Origin: an uncultured Methylomirabilota bacterium
Lineage (GTDB): Bacteria > Methylomirabilota > Methylomirabilia > Methylomirabilales > 2-02-FULL-66-22
Direction of reading: 5' to 3'
NCBI GenBank assembly: GCA_963705305.1
Contig: OY970067.1
Span: 608,001-672,000 of the forward strand
Length of the DNA stretch: 64,000 nt
In this document: positions 38,161 to 47,669 of the stretch, in pieces
How positions within the stretch are numbered: position 1 is the stretch's first letter
Layout of the letters: each line of letters starts with the position of its first letter
Notes under the pieces: generated by a model
What the model was told of the DNA's origin: nothing
What the model saw: the letters and a program-made list of their open reading frames with translations, nothing else
Database searches by the model: none
Program-made: the position numbers and the translations under genes

Positions 38161-38909
38161 TCAGCGATCTGCTTGCGGAAACCGCGCGGGCGAGCGCTCG
38201 AAGAGCTTGGCGTCATGGCCGGGAAGCACGTGGTCCGCCTTCCGGGCGATCCGGGCCATGGAGGTCATGCAGTCGATCATGGAGGTGTGAATGCCGGCGG
38301 GATCTGGCGCTCCAGGTTCTCGTACCACATGACCGCGTCCCCGGCGATGCAATAGAGCCCTTTTGCGGTCTCCACCAGGACCGACTGGTGGCCCGGCGTG
38401 TGGCCCGGCGTGGCGATCACCCGGACCCCCTCCGCGATCTCCGCGTCCCCGTCCAGCAGCTCGAATTTTGTCCCCAGGAAATCGGGGGTGATCCCCAGGC
38501 TGGGCGCGAAGTACGCCGAGGCATCGAAGCTGGTCGGCGCCAGGGCGTATCGCAGCTCCTCCCGCTGGACGAAAAATCGCGCCCGGGGGAACAGGCGGTT
38601 GTTGCCGCAGTGGTCGTAGTGCAGGTGAGTGTGGATGACGATGGCAATCTCTTCCGGGCGAGCGGCGGCGGCGGCCAAGGCCGACGCCACCTCCTGGGAC
38701 GGGGTCCGCACAATCTTCCGGCGGCGGACCTCCCAGGTCCTCTCCACCGACTGGAAGCTGGTGTCCACCAGGATCTTCTGCGGCCCCTCGATCAAGGCGA
38801 TGGGGACGGGGATCTCGATCCGCTGGCCCATGTCGGTCAGATAGGTCATGTATCCCTTGTCCTGGGTCTGCGTCCCCGTATCCAGCATCGTGATCGTCCA
38901 CTCGCTCAC
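38161..38909 (-). CDS. Metallo-beta-lactamase-fold lactonase (AiiA-like), 1-nt frameshift near 38295
   Basis: THLHYDHCG, TPGHTPGHQS, AGDA; the C-terminal PGHD motif is in the shifted frame (GIHTS...VLPGHD), ending at 38161. Confidence 0.85.
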
Positions 38910-38934
38910 GCCAGGCCCCCCTCAGTCCATGCAA

Positions 38935-39026
38935 TTGAAAACCGACAACGGACAACCGACAACCGGCCAACTGCGGCTTGCTCAGTTTTGCATTGTCAGT
39001 TGCCCGTTTTTCATTTTCCATTTTCC
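38935..39026. repeat. Inverted pair of degenerate 7-nt tandem arrays (empty hairpin)
   Basis: ACCGACA ACGGACA ACCGACA ACCGGCC ... ATTGTCA GTTGCCC GTTTTTC ATTTTCC ATTTTCC; same type as 8471-8551. Confidence 0.75.
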
Positions 39027-39044
39027 GCGCTGTCAGCCATGGGG

Positions 39045-39857
39045 CTACGGCACCTGCGCCCCGGACGAGACCCGCGGCGTTCCCTCTGCCGTGTAGCCAC
39101 CGTCCACGTAGAGCACGGCCCCCGTAATGTATCGGGCAGCGTCCGAAGCCAGGAATGCCACGGCCTGCCCGATGTCCCCGGGCTCGCCGATCATGCCCCA
39201 GGGTACCCGGGCCAGCACGGCCTGGCGCAGCGCAATATCCTCCGGCCGCGTGCTCTTGTACAGGGGGATGTTGATGTCGGTGCTGATGGTCCCTGAGGCA
39301 ACCACGTTCACGTTGATCCGGTGGGGGGCCAGCTCCACGGCCAGCTGCTTGCTGAACATGTCGATGGCCGCCTTGGTGGCGCAGTAGGGACCCATGGCCG
39401 CCTTGGCCACGCGGCCGTGGATGGACGAGATGCTGACGATCTTCCCCCCGCCGCCCCGCGCCACCATGTGCCTCCCCGCCAGCCGCGAGCAGTGGAAGCA
39501 GCCGTAGAAGTTGATGTGGACCACCCGGTCCCACTCCTCCAGCGAGACGTCCAGGATGGGCTTCCGGCTGACGATCCCGGCATTGTTGACGAGGATGTCG
39601 ATCCGGCCGAACCGCTCCAGCGTGGCCGCCACCAGCCGCTCCGCATCCGGGTAGCTGCCCACATCGGCCTGGATGGGGACGGCTTCCCCTCCGGCGTCCC
39701 GGATCGCCCGCACGGTCTCGTCAGCGGCGTCGGCCCGGCTCGCGTAATTGACCGCGACTCGGGCTCCTTCCCGGGCCAGCGTCAGCGCGATCCCCCGCCC
39801 GATGCCCCGCGCCGCCCCAGTCACCAATGCGACCTTTCCTTGCAACTGAAGATCCAT
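39045..39857 (-). CDS. SDR family oxidoreductase (glucose/sugar 1-dehydrogenase-like)
   Basis: TGAARGIG, LVNNAG, ISSIHG, YCATK. Confidence 0.92.
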   Translation of the reverse strand: MDLQLQGKVALVTGAARGIGRGIALTLAREGARVAVNYASRADAADETVRAIRDAGGEAVPIQADVGSYPDAERLVAATLERFGRIDILVNNAGIVSRKPILDVSLEEWDRVVHINFYGCFHCSRLAGRHMVARGGGGKIVSISSIHGRVAKAAMGPYCATKAAIDMFSKQLAVELAPHRINVNVVASGTISTDINIPLYKSTRPEDIALRQAVLARVPWGMIGEPGDIGQAVAFLASDAARYITGAVLYVDGGYTAEGTPRVSSGAQVP

Positions 39858-40196
39858 AGGTTCTTTCTCCGCCCCTCGTCCCCGCCCCGGCGTCCGCGTA
39901 CGAAGGGGTGGCCCAACAGCGTGGACCGCATTCTGCTACAGGTTCTATGGCAATCGCAACTGTTTCGAGTCGAGTATAAAAAATGAGAGTCGCCTCAACA
40001 TAGGTAGGAGCAGGGTGTCTGATGCTCCGCCTGCCTACGGCAGTGCCGACCCGGCCGACATGGGCCTCCCGGGGGACTCTGGATCCGAGAGAAGCAGTCG
40101 GACGACGGGCTGTCGTTGGAAGGAGGGATCTGCCTTGACAACACGAAAACGACCGGATCCCCCGCTGCCAGGGAACAGACAAGGCCCTCTCCGGCT

Positions 40197-41783
40197 TCAG
40201 GCGGGGTGCCCGCCCGGCGGCCCGGGATCGGCGCGTGGCTCCGGGGCGGTCCCCGCCTGGGGGGCGTCGCGGAGCAGCCGGTCGGCGTACTGCGGGTACA
40301 GCCGTCGGATGCACTCCGGACAGATGCCGTGGGAGAACTGGATGGCGGTGGCGGTCCGGATGTAGTCCTCGAGGGAGACCCAGCGGTCCGGCCTTCCCGG
40401 CTGAGGGGGATCCACGCGGATACGCTTGCAGCTCGAGCAGACGGGCAGCAGACCCTCCAGCCGTTGTACGTGGGCCAGGGTCTGCTCCAGCTCTTGGTTC
40501 TTCCGGTCGAGGGCCTCCGTCTGCTGTACCAGGGACTCGGTCCGCTTGGCCACCAGGCCCTCGAGCTGGTCGGTGTGCTCCCGCACGGCGGCCGCCATGA
40601 TGGAGAACGCCGAGGTCAGGTTGCCGATCTCGTCCTGTCGGTCAGAGGAGAGCTGCACCGAGTAGTCCCCTCGCTGCAGCCGACCAGCCGACTCGGCCAG
40701 GGGGACCAACCGGCGCAGCACGAGACGGTCGATCAGCCATCCGACGAGCACGGCGAATGCCAGCATCGCCACGGCAGCCAGGGCCAAGAGCGGCAGGAAC
40801 GCCCGCCGGTCGATGACCTTGGCCAGATCCACCACTGCCAGGGCGTACCATTTCAGCTCTGGCAGGTAGGCCACCCCGACCACCTGGCGCCGTCCATCCA
40901 TCATCAGTGGGATGACTGCGGCGTCGGCCCGGCCGTCGGCGAGGCGGGCGACGATCGGCTGCAGCCGCTCCAGCGCTTCACCGCCGAGCAGCCTGTCCAG
41001 CCGGACCCGCGACCTCTCCCTTTGCGTGACGGAGTCGAAATCGATGAGTGCCCGATTGGGCTGGGCCTGCACGTACAGATCCTGGTCGACCAGGATATTC
41101 TCGACGCCCAGGTCGCCTCGGTCGATGAATCGCCGCAGGAAGTCGGAGAGGTCGATCCCCGACCCGGCGATGCCGAGCGGGCGGGCGGCCGCATCGCGCA
41201 TGACCACGTTGATCCAGACCTTCACCAGGCCGAGCTGCTCGCTGGGGCTGACGTTCAGCGCGTAATCGGACACGCGCTGGCGGGTGGCGAAGTACCAGGC
41301 ATCGGATGGGCGGGACGGTTTCAGGGTGTAGGCCAGCTCCTTGCCGGCGTGGCTGTTTTGGGCGTCATTGAAGTAGTAGTGCAGGGTCCGGTTGATGGCA
41401 TAGAACCAGGTGCCGCTGGAGAGCCGGAGGCGGAAACTTTCCAGCTCGGCCAGCGCCTGGGCCCGCAGGGCCGGATTGTCCTCGTCGGCGGCCCAGCTGC
41501 GGAGGAGCGGGGACGCCGCCATCTGCCGGGCCAGGGCGATCTCCCGGGTGACCGGCTCCCGGATGAGCGATTTGTTCGCCAGGACCTGCATCCGGGCGAT
41601 GACGGTCCCCAACCGCTCGGTGACCCGGGTGAGGACGGCCTCGAAGCCCAGCACCATCAGGACGCCGGTGGCGACGTAGACCGCCAGGATCAGGATGAGC
41701 ATGCGGGGGCGAAGACCTCCGAGGCGTCGAAGGTGCCGCCGCAGCCCTTCCCGCAGGCCGGTGTGCCAGCGCGTCTCAGTCAT
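40197..41783 (-). CDS. Membrane sensor: TM, Cache-like domain, TM, HAMP, coiled coil, C-terminal Cys/His domain
   Basis: Two TM segments; HAMP (DEIGNLTSAFSIM); tail LEGLLPVCSSCKRIR...W..LEDYI...FSHGICPEC; no H-box, GGDEF or MCP domain. Confidence 0.8.
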   Translation of the reverse strand: MTETRWHTGLREGLRRHLRRLGGLRPRMLILILAVYVATGVLMVLGFEAVLTRVTERLGTVIARMQVLANKSLIREPVTREIALARQMAASPLLRSWAADEDNPALRAQALAELESFRLRLSSGTWFYAINRTLHYYFNDAQNSHAGKELAYTLKPSRPSDAWYFATRQRVSDYALNVSPSEQLGLVKVWINVVMRDAAARPLGIAGSGIDLSDFLRRFIDRGDLGVENILVDQDLYVQAQPNRALIDFDSVTQRERSRVRLDRLLGGEALERLQPIVARLADGRADAAVIPLMMDGRRQVVGVAYLPELKWYALAVVDLAKVIDRRAFLPLLALAAVAMLAFAVLVGWLIDRLVLRRLVPLAESAGRLQRGDYSVQLSSDRQDEIGNLTSAFSIMAAAVREHTDQLEGLVAKRTESLVQQTEALDRKNQELEQTLAHVQRLEGLLPVCSSCKRIRVDPPQPGRPDRWVSLEDYIRTATAIQFSHGICPECIRRLYPQYADRLLRDAPQAGTAPEPRADPGPPGGHPA

Positions 41784-42324
41784 CGGATCATCCGATCCTC
41801 GGCGGAGTGGCCGTGCCGCAGCTTCTCACCGAAAAGCCGGCCATCCGAACCGGGCAATCCAGTAGGATTCCCCGCCTCCGGCACTCCCCTCGTTTTCGAA
41901 AGCTTATCGCCCGCCCACCTGGAAAGCAAGCGCCCAGTACGGGCTGCGTCGGGCTCCGGTCGCAGACGGCTCCCCTCTTGCTCCGGTCTTGTTCCGTGCC
42001 GCGCCCACCTTGACCGGAGGAGCCCGTCGGTGCTATAAGACCTTCACCTTCTTGCGATCTACCGGGAGGAGGCCGGGACGACCGCCTCTGCGCCTCCACC
42101 ACCGAGTATAGCGGTGTGCCCATGCAGTCCTTCCGTTCCCGCGCGTCATTCCTGGATCCCCAATCCGCGATTCGAAATGTGCTTCCGCACCCCCAGCCCC
42201 CTCTTCCCAGCGGGCACCCTCGCCATACCGGGAGCATCCGCATGCAATGCAAAATGGACCAGGCCGTATCGCTTGGCCTTCGACGTGTCTCAGCGTCCTC
42301 CAACCGAGCGGGGAGGTCGGATCC

Positions 42325-43440
42325 ATGAGGTGGTCTTCCGTATCGAGCCTTCGCGCACGCCTGCTTCTCCTTGTCCTGGTGTCCCTTATCCCTGCCCGCG
42401 GCCTGGGGATCTACACGACCTGGGAAATGCGCCAGGCCGCCCGGACGGAAGCGCTGCGAGACGCCATGCGGCTAGCCCGGATCACCTCCGCCGCGGGGGA
42501 ACGGCTGATCGAGGGGACCCACCAGATCCTGACCGTCCTGGCGCGCCTCCCCGAGGTCCGCAGGCAGGATGCCGCCGCGTGTAGCAAGCTCTTTGCGGAC
42601 CTGTTGAAGCCTTATCCCCACTTTTCAAATCTCGGTGCGGCCGCGTTGAACGGGAACGTGTTCTGTAGCGCCGTCCCGTTCGAGGGCGTCGCCAACATTG
42701 TTGACCGACCCTATTTTCAACGGGCCGTTGACCGGAAGGATTTTGCCCCGGGGGAATACCGGATCGGCCAGATCACCGGAAAGGCCGTCATCAATTTCGG
42801 CTACCCCGTCCTCGACGGCACCGGCCAGGTCACGGCTGTCGTGTATGCGGGACTGGACCTGTCGTGGCTCAGCCGCCTCCTCGCTGAGGCCCGGTTGCCC
42901 GAGAATTCGACCATCACGGTCGTGGATGTTGCGGGGCAGGTCCTCGCACGCTACCCTGACCCGGGGCAGTGGGTCGGTAGGTCTTTTCCCGACGCCCCGT
43001 TCGTCAGGGCCGCTATTTCTCAGCAGGATCAAGGGACCGTCGAGGGGCAAGGTCTGGACAGCACACCGCGTCTTTACGCGTTCACCCCGCTTCTGGCCGG
43101 GGGGCGAGAACGAATGGCCTATGTGTACGTTGGCATCCCCAGCGACAGCGCCTTTGCCAAGGTGAACCAGATTGACAACCAGACCTTCGTCGGGTTTGGA
43201 ATCGTGCTAGTATTCGCGTTGCTGGCCACGGCGATTGGGTCAAGAGTGCTCATCCTACGGCCCGTGACCGCGCTAGTGCAGGCCATGCGGCGGCTCGGCT
43301 CCGGGGACCTCGCTGCGCGCACAGGGTTGCCGCACACGGCCTCGGAGGTCGGCCAGCTCGCTGCCGCCCTGGATGAGATGGCCGAACGACTGGAGGCACG
43401 GCGAGGCTCCTCAGTACAGGAGTCGGGCGCTCCAGAATGA
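42325..43440 (+). CDS. dCache-HAMP membrane protein without an output domain (stand-alone or truncated sensor)
   Basis: TM; DRPYFQRA..., GQITGKAVINFGYPVLD, VLARYP dCache motifs; TM; HAMP EVGQLAAALDEMA; stop about 20 aa later. Confidence 0.8.
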   Translation: MRWSSVSSLRARLLLLVLVSLIPARGLGIYTTWEMRQAARTEALRDAMRLARITSAAGERLIEGTHQILTVLARLPEVRRQDAAACSKLFADLLKPYPHFSNLGAAALNGNVFCSAVPFEGVANIVDRPYFQRAVDRKDFAPGEYRIGQITGKAVINFGYPVLDGTGQVTAVVYAGLDLSWLSRLLAEARLPENSTITVVDVAGQVLARYPDPGQWVGRSFPDAPFVRAAISQQDQGTVEGQGLDSTPRLYAFTPLLAGGRERMAYVYVGIPSDSAFAKVNQIDNQTFVGFGIVLVFALLATAIGSRVLILRPVTALVQAMRRLGSGDLAARTGLPHTASEVGQLAAALDEMAERLEARRGSSVQESGAPE

Positions 43441-43538
43441 TCGGGTGATCTCTCACACAGCTGCCAGGTGTGAACGCTCGACGGGCGCGTGGCTGGACCG
43501 TTCGGCCTGTAAACTCGTCACGGGAGAAAGGAGACACG

Positions 43539-44453
43539 ATGGTGCGCGTGGCGCTGGTGAAGGGCGATGATCGGCCGCGGAACATCCGGAGGGCTCTGGA
43601 CCTAATCGCCGACCAGATCAACCTTGGGGGCCGACGGCCGGTGATCAAGGTCAATTTCGTGTCGACGTACGTGCCGCTATGCGCGACCCATGTGGATGCA
43701 GCCCGAGCCGTCGTGGAGTTCCTGCGGGACCACGGCGAGCGGGATATCGCCATCGCCGAGGGCGCCGCCTGGGGGACGACCCCGAGGGGCTTCCGCGACT
43801 ACGGGTACCTGGAGCTGGCGAGCGAGTACGGCGTGGAGCTGATCGACCTGAATGACTCCGACTCCTGGACGACGGTCCACGTCGTGCACCCCGATATGAA
43901 GCCGCACCCGGTGAAGCTGTCACCGGTCATGATGGATCCGCAGAATTACATCATCTCCCTCACCCGGCTCAAGACGCACCTGCAGGTCGGCGTGACGCTG
44001 ACGGCCAAGAACGTGATCATGGGCGCTATCCTGGTCATGGACAAGTACCGCATGCACCCGAGCGAGGCTGGCAATCGGGTGCTCGACTATAATCTCTTCA
44101 CGGTCATGCGGCACCTCCACATCGACCTCGGCGTCTTGGACGGCTGGGAGGGAATGCAGGGGAAGGGGCCTGTCTTTGGCGAGCCGGTGGACCACCGGGT
44201 AGCGCTCGCCGGGACGGATTTCGTGGCCGTCGACCGGGTGGGCACGGAGGTCATGGGGGTGGATTTCGACGAGATCCGCTACCTCAACTATCTCTGGGAC
44301 CACGGGATCGGAGAAGGCGATCTGTCGAAGATCCAGGTGGTCGGCGAGACGATCGAGGGCTGCCGCCGTTCGTACCAGATGGCGCTGCGGTTCCTGCGGG
44401 ACCGGCGACAGGAGAGCAAAGGGCAATTGGCGGAGCTGGCCGTCCAGGACTGA
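43539..44453 (+). CDS. DUF362 domain protein
   Basis: VIKVNFV, ATH, IAEG, LKTH..VTLTAKN, DGWEGMQG.GP, DFVAVD. Confidence 0.85.
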   Translation: MVRVALVKGDDRPRNIRRALDLIADQINLGGRRPVIKVNFVSTYVPLCATHVDAARAVVEFLRDHGERDIAIAEGAAWGTTPRGFRDYGYLELASEYGVELIDLNDSDSWTTVHVVHPDMKPHPVKLSPVMMDPQNYIISLTRLKTHLQVGVTLTAKNVIMGAILVMDKYRMHPSEAGNRVLDYNLFTVMRHLHIDLGVLDGWEGMQGKGPVFGEPVDHRVALAGTDFVAVDRVGTEVMGVDFDEIRYLNYLWDHGIGEGDLSKIQVVGETIEGCRRSYQMALRFLRDRRQESKGQLAELAVQD

Positions 44454-44732
44454 ACCGTAGGTCCGGTTGGCAACCTGCCGCTTTTTCGATGTCAGGCCCC
44501 ATTCTCTTGGCCGGAAAATGCCCCCGAATGTTTCCACCGGCAAGAGATCGCGGGGGCGGCACGTTCTTCCGGAACCCCTTCGGCGGAGCGGGTTGGCGGA
44601 GTACAATAGCCCTCCCCGCGCTGGGATGGCTGGTTCCCCGCGCAAGACTTCTTGCGGGCCGCCATTCTTACCCGGAGGGTGGACGCGGCAGGCGTGGCCC
44701 GGACAGCCAGCAGCGAGGAAGAGGCGCGGAAA

Positions 44733-45440
44733 ATGTCCGCACGAACGAGCCAGTCAACTCCTTCTTGCGGCGGATACTCTCACTACTTCGTGATCCTCGT
44801 CGCCGTCTTCATCACCTGCTTGATCAGCGCGAACATCACGGCGGTCAAGCTCGTGGACGCCTTTGGATTCGTTCTCCCCGCCGCGATCGTCATCTTCCCC
44901 ATGAGCTACATCATCGGCGACGTCCTGACCGAGGTCTATGGCTACCGCCAGGCGCGATTGGTCATCTGGCTGGGCTTCTTCTGCAATGTGATCGTCGTGG
45001 CAGCCATCTGGCTGGGGCAGGTGCTGCCCGCCGCCTCGTTCTGGGACGGCCAGGCCGCCTACTCACGCATCCTGGGCTACACCCCCCGTCTGCTGGCTGC
45101 CTCCTTCCTCGCCTATCTCGTGGGGGAGTTCGCCAACTCGCTGGTGCTGGCCAAGATGAAGATTGCCACGGGAGGGCGCTGGCTGTGGACACGCACCATC
45201 GGCTCCACTTTGGTGGGACAGGCGCTGGACTCGCTGGTGTTCATCACCCTGGCGTTCATCGGGACGATCCCTTTCGATCGGCTGATCTCCGTCGTCATCA
45301 CCCAGTGGCTGGCGAAATCGGCCTACGAGGCGGCCGCGACGCCCCTCACATACACCGTGGTGAAATTCTTGAAGCGGAAAGAGGGGCTGGACGTTTATGA
45401 CTACGAGACGGACTTCAACCCGCTGTCGCTGAGGCAGTGA
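44733..45440 (+). CDS. yhhQ: Queuosine precursor (preQ0/preQ1) transporter, VUT/YhhQ family
   Basis: ANITAVKL, FPMSYIIGDVLTEVYGY, ASFLAYLVGEFANS, LWTRTIGSTLVGQALDS, FNP. Confidence 0.9.
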   Translation: MSARTSQSTPSCGGYSHYFVILVAVFITCLISANITAVKLVDAFGFVLPAAIVIFPMSYIIGDVLTEVYGYRQARLVIWLGFFCNVIVVAAIWLGQVLPAASFWDGQAAYSRILGYTPRLLAASFLAYLVGEFANSLVLAKMKIATGGRWLWTRTIGSTLVGQALDSLVFITLAFIGTIPFDRLISVVITQWLAKSAYEAAATPLTYTVVKFLKRKEGLDVYDYETDFNPLSLRQ

Positions 45441-45696
45441 ACTCTTGGCGCCGGACGCAGGTCAGTGGGGGGACGTTTTTGACTACGTTGACTTGTTTGG
45501 CTGGGACCCTGCGGGCGTTCCCTCTTGGCACTCCACCATTCAGGACCTGGCTGTTTCTACGGAGTCAAAGGACCGTCCTTCCGGCGATCCCTGCACGCAC
45601 CTCGCGTTCATGCCGCAACGACCTCCCCGCGCGAAGCTGATTGTCTGCGGCATGTTCGTCCTCTCGCGGCGATCTGCGGCCGGCCCAGGTCGGCTC

Positions 45697-45888
45697 TCAG
45701 CGGCCCATCACCAGATCCGGCAGATACGTCACCGTCCATCGAGCGTATGTAACCGGCATGCGCACCTCAACCAGGGCCAGGAGGAATATCCCGCGCTCTC
45801 GGGTGAAGTCCGTCACCAGGAGCCGCGCTGTTAGGAGCACCAGCGAGACCACGACCCGGGCTGGGGCCTCCATGCGGCCGGCGCTCAC
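45697..45888 (-). pseudogene. Degenerate remnant of a TRAP permease (DctM-like C-terminus)
   Basis: Strong RBS GGAGGGGGA just after pdxA; tail FLLALVEVRMPVTYARWTVTYLPDLVMGR resembles a decayed DctM C-terminus. Confidence 0.45.
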
Positions 45889-45919
45889 CGGTCCCCCTCC
45901 CTGATTTTCCCTTCCGCCG

Positions 45920-46918
45920 TCAGAGCCCCTTGCCCGCCAGCGCGGCGCTCATCGTGATGGCCCGCACGATCATGTTATGCTTGGCCACGCCCTTCCAGGC
46001 AATGTCGTAGGCCGTCCCGTGCGGCACGGTGACGACGGGCGCCGGCATTCCCAGGAACAGGCTCACGCCGGGCCGGTCGCGCCCGATGATCTTTCGTCCG
46101 ATGTTGGCCTGGTCATGGTACATCAGGACCAGGCCCCGGAAGTCGCCGCGCAGCGCCAGCGGAAAGGCGCTGTCCGGGGGCAGGGGTCCGGTGACCAGGA
46201 ACCCCTCGCCCTTCGCCTGCCGGATGGCCGGCCCGATCACGTCGATCTCCTCCCGGCCGAACATCCCCCCCTCGCCTCCGTGCACGTTCAACGCCACCAC
46301 GCCGATGCTGAGGGGCTCCACCCCCGCTGCCTGCAATACCCTGTGCAGCGAGCGGATCTTGGCCAGCACCGCCTCCTTCGTGATCAGGTCGGGAATCGCC
46401 CGGAACGACACGTGGAAGGTCACCGGCGTTGTCTAGATGCCGGCCACCTCCCCCACCTGGTAGGCTGCCCCCTGCGCGAAGCACTCTTCGAAGTAGGTCA
46501 TGTCGTCCATGGCCTTGTAACCGGCCAGGTGGAACGCCTCCTTGTTGAACGGACCCGACGCGATTCCGGCTACCTCGCCGGCCTTGGCTAGAACCACCGC
46601 CTTGCGGCAGCAGGCCGCAGCCGCCTCGCCCCAGCGGGCATCCAGCGTCCCCGGCTTCAGCGCGTCGGGCGGCAGCTCCCCCGCGGGCAGCACGTCCAGC
46701 GTCTTCGGATCCTCCCCGGCGCCGCGGGCCGAGGCGATGGGACGAACCTGGAGCCCCACCTTGACCAGCTCTACCGCCCGGGCCATCACGCGGGGGTCGC
46801 CGACGACGACGGGACGGCACGCCTGGCGGACTTCCGTCTCCCCCAGGGCGCGGGCCACGATCTCCGGCGCGATCCCGGCGGGGTCGCCCATGGTAATCGC
46901 AACGGCTGGCACGCTCAT
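45920..46918 (-). pseudogene. pdxA: PdxA family dehydrogenase (PdxA2 / tetronate-4-phosphate dehydrogenase-like) with an in-frame TAG at 46433-46435
   Basis: AITMGDPAGIAPE, PFNKEA, then in the same frame after the stop TFHV, LNVHGGEGG.FGREE, GPLPPDS, MYHDQ, HGTAYDIA. Confidence 0.85.
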
Positions 46919-46928
46919 GATCTCTCCT

Positions 46929-47603
46929 CTATTCGAGGATCGCCATCGCACGGATGGGCGATCCGGTTGCCCCCTTGATGCGCAGGGGAACGCCGACGAA
47001 CTGAAAGCGGTGCACCGGCACGGTCTCCAGGAACATGACGTGCTCCATGATGGGAATGCCGCGGCCGAGCAGCGCAAGGTGCACCGGACGGCTCATATCG
47101 CGGGGATCGTCCGGCGTCGCCAGGTCGCAGCCCAGGGCCTTGATGCCCCGCGCCACGGCCCACTCGCCCGCCGCCCCGCCAAAGCCGGCGCAGCGCATGA
47201 AACCGTCGTCCGTATGGTGGCCCGGCCAGGCGCGGAAGAGAAGAATGTCTCCGCGCTCCACCGAAACGTCGGCGGCCGCGCAGGCCGCCTCCAGCATCTC
47301 GGGGGTGATGCGCTGTTCCGGCGGCTTGTCCGAGAAGTCCAGCCAGACCGCCGACCCGACCAGCTGTTCCAGGGGCACGGCCTCGATCGTGCTCTTGTCT
47401 GGAAAGTAGTGGAAGGGCGCATCCACGTGCGTCCCGATATGGTCGGAGAACATCAGGATGCGCGAGGCGAACCCCCGACACGGGGGTGCGAACCGCGGCG
47501 CCGTCCCGGCGTGGTTGGCGAACTCCAGCACCACGCAGCGCGCATGCGCGGGGTGCGTGGACATATTGTCGTGCAGCTCGAGGGTCAGGTCGATGATTCG
47601 CAT
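46929..47603 (-). CDS. Cyclase family (kynurenine formamidase-like) metal-dependent hydrolase
   Basis: IIDLT, HIGTHVDAPFH, VHLALLGRG, PLRIKGATGSPIRA. Confidence 0.9.
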   Translation of the reverse strand: MRIIDLTLELHDNMSTHPAHARCVVLEFANHAGTAPRFAPPCRGFASRILMFSDHIGTHVDAPFHYFPDKSTIEAVPLEQLVGSAVWLDFSDKPPEQRITPEMLEAACAAADVSVERGDILLFRAWPGHHTDDGFMRCAGFGGAAGEWAVARGIKALGCDLATPDDPRDMSRPVHLALLGRGIPIMEHVMFLETVPVHRFQFVGVPLRIKGATGSPIRAMAILE

Positions 47604-47669
47604 GTGCGCTCCGCGTAAGAGAATTGGTCTAGCGCGAGGCCCGGCGCCCAGGGTTCGCGACACGAAGCC

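Noticed and set aside
38161..38909. Quorum-quenching role for the AiiA-like lactonase
   Set aside because: Its context (SDR, TRAP, epimerase) fits sugar-lactone hydrolysis better, and no luxI/luxR genes are in the window
45445..45834. 129-aa plus-strand ORF after yhhQ
   Set aside because: TTG start without a clear RBS, no recognisable motif, and it overlaps the minus-strand remnant
46433..46435. In-frame TAG in pdxA as possible pyrrolysine or readthrough
   Set aside because: No pyl genes in the window; it is one substitution from a sense codon such as TGG, and neighbouring genes are also damaged
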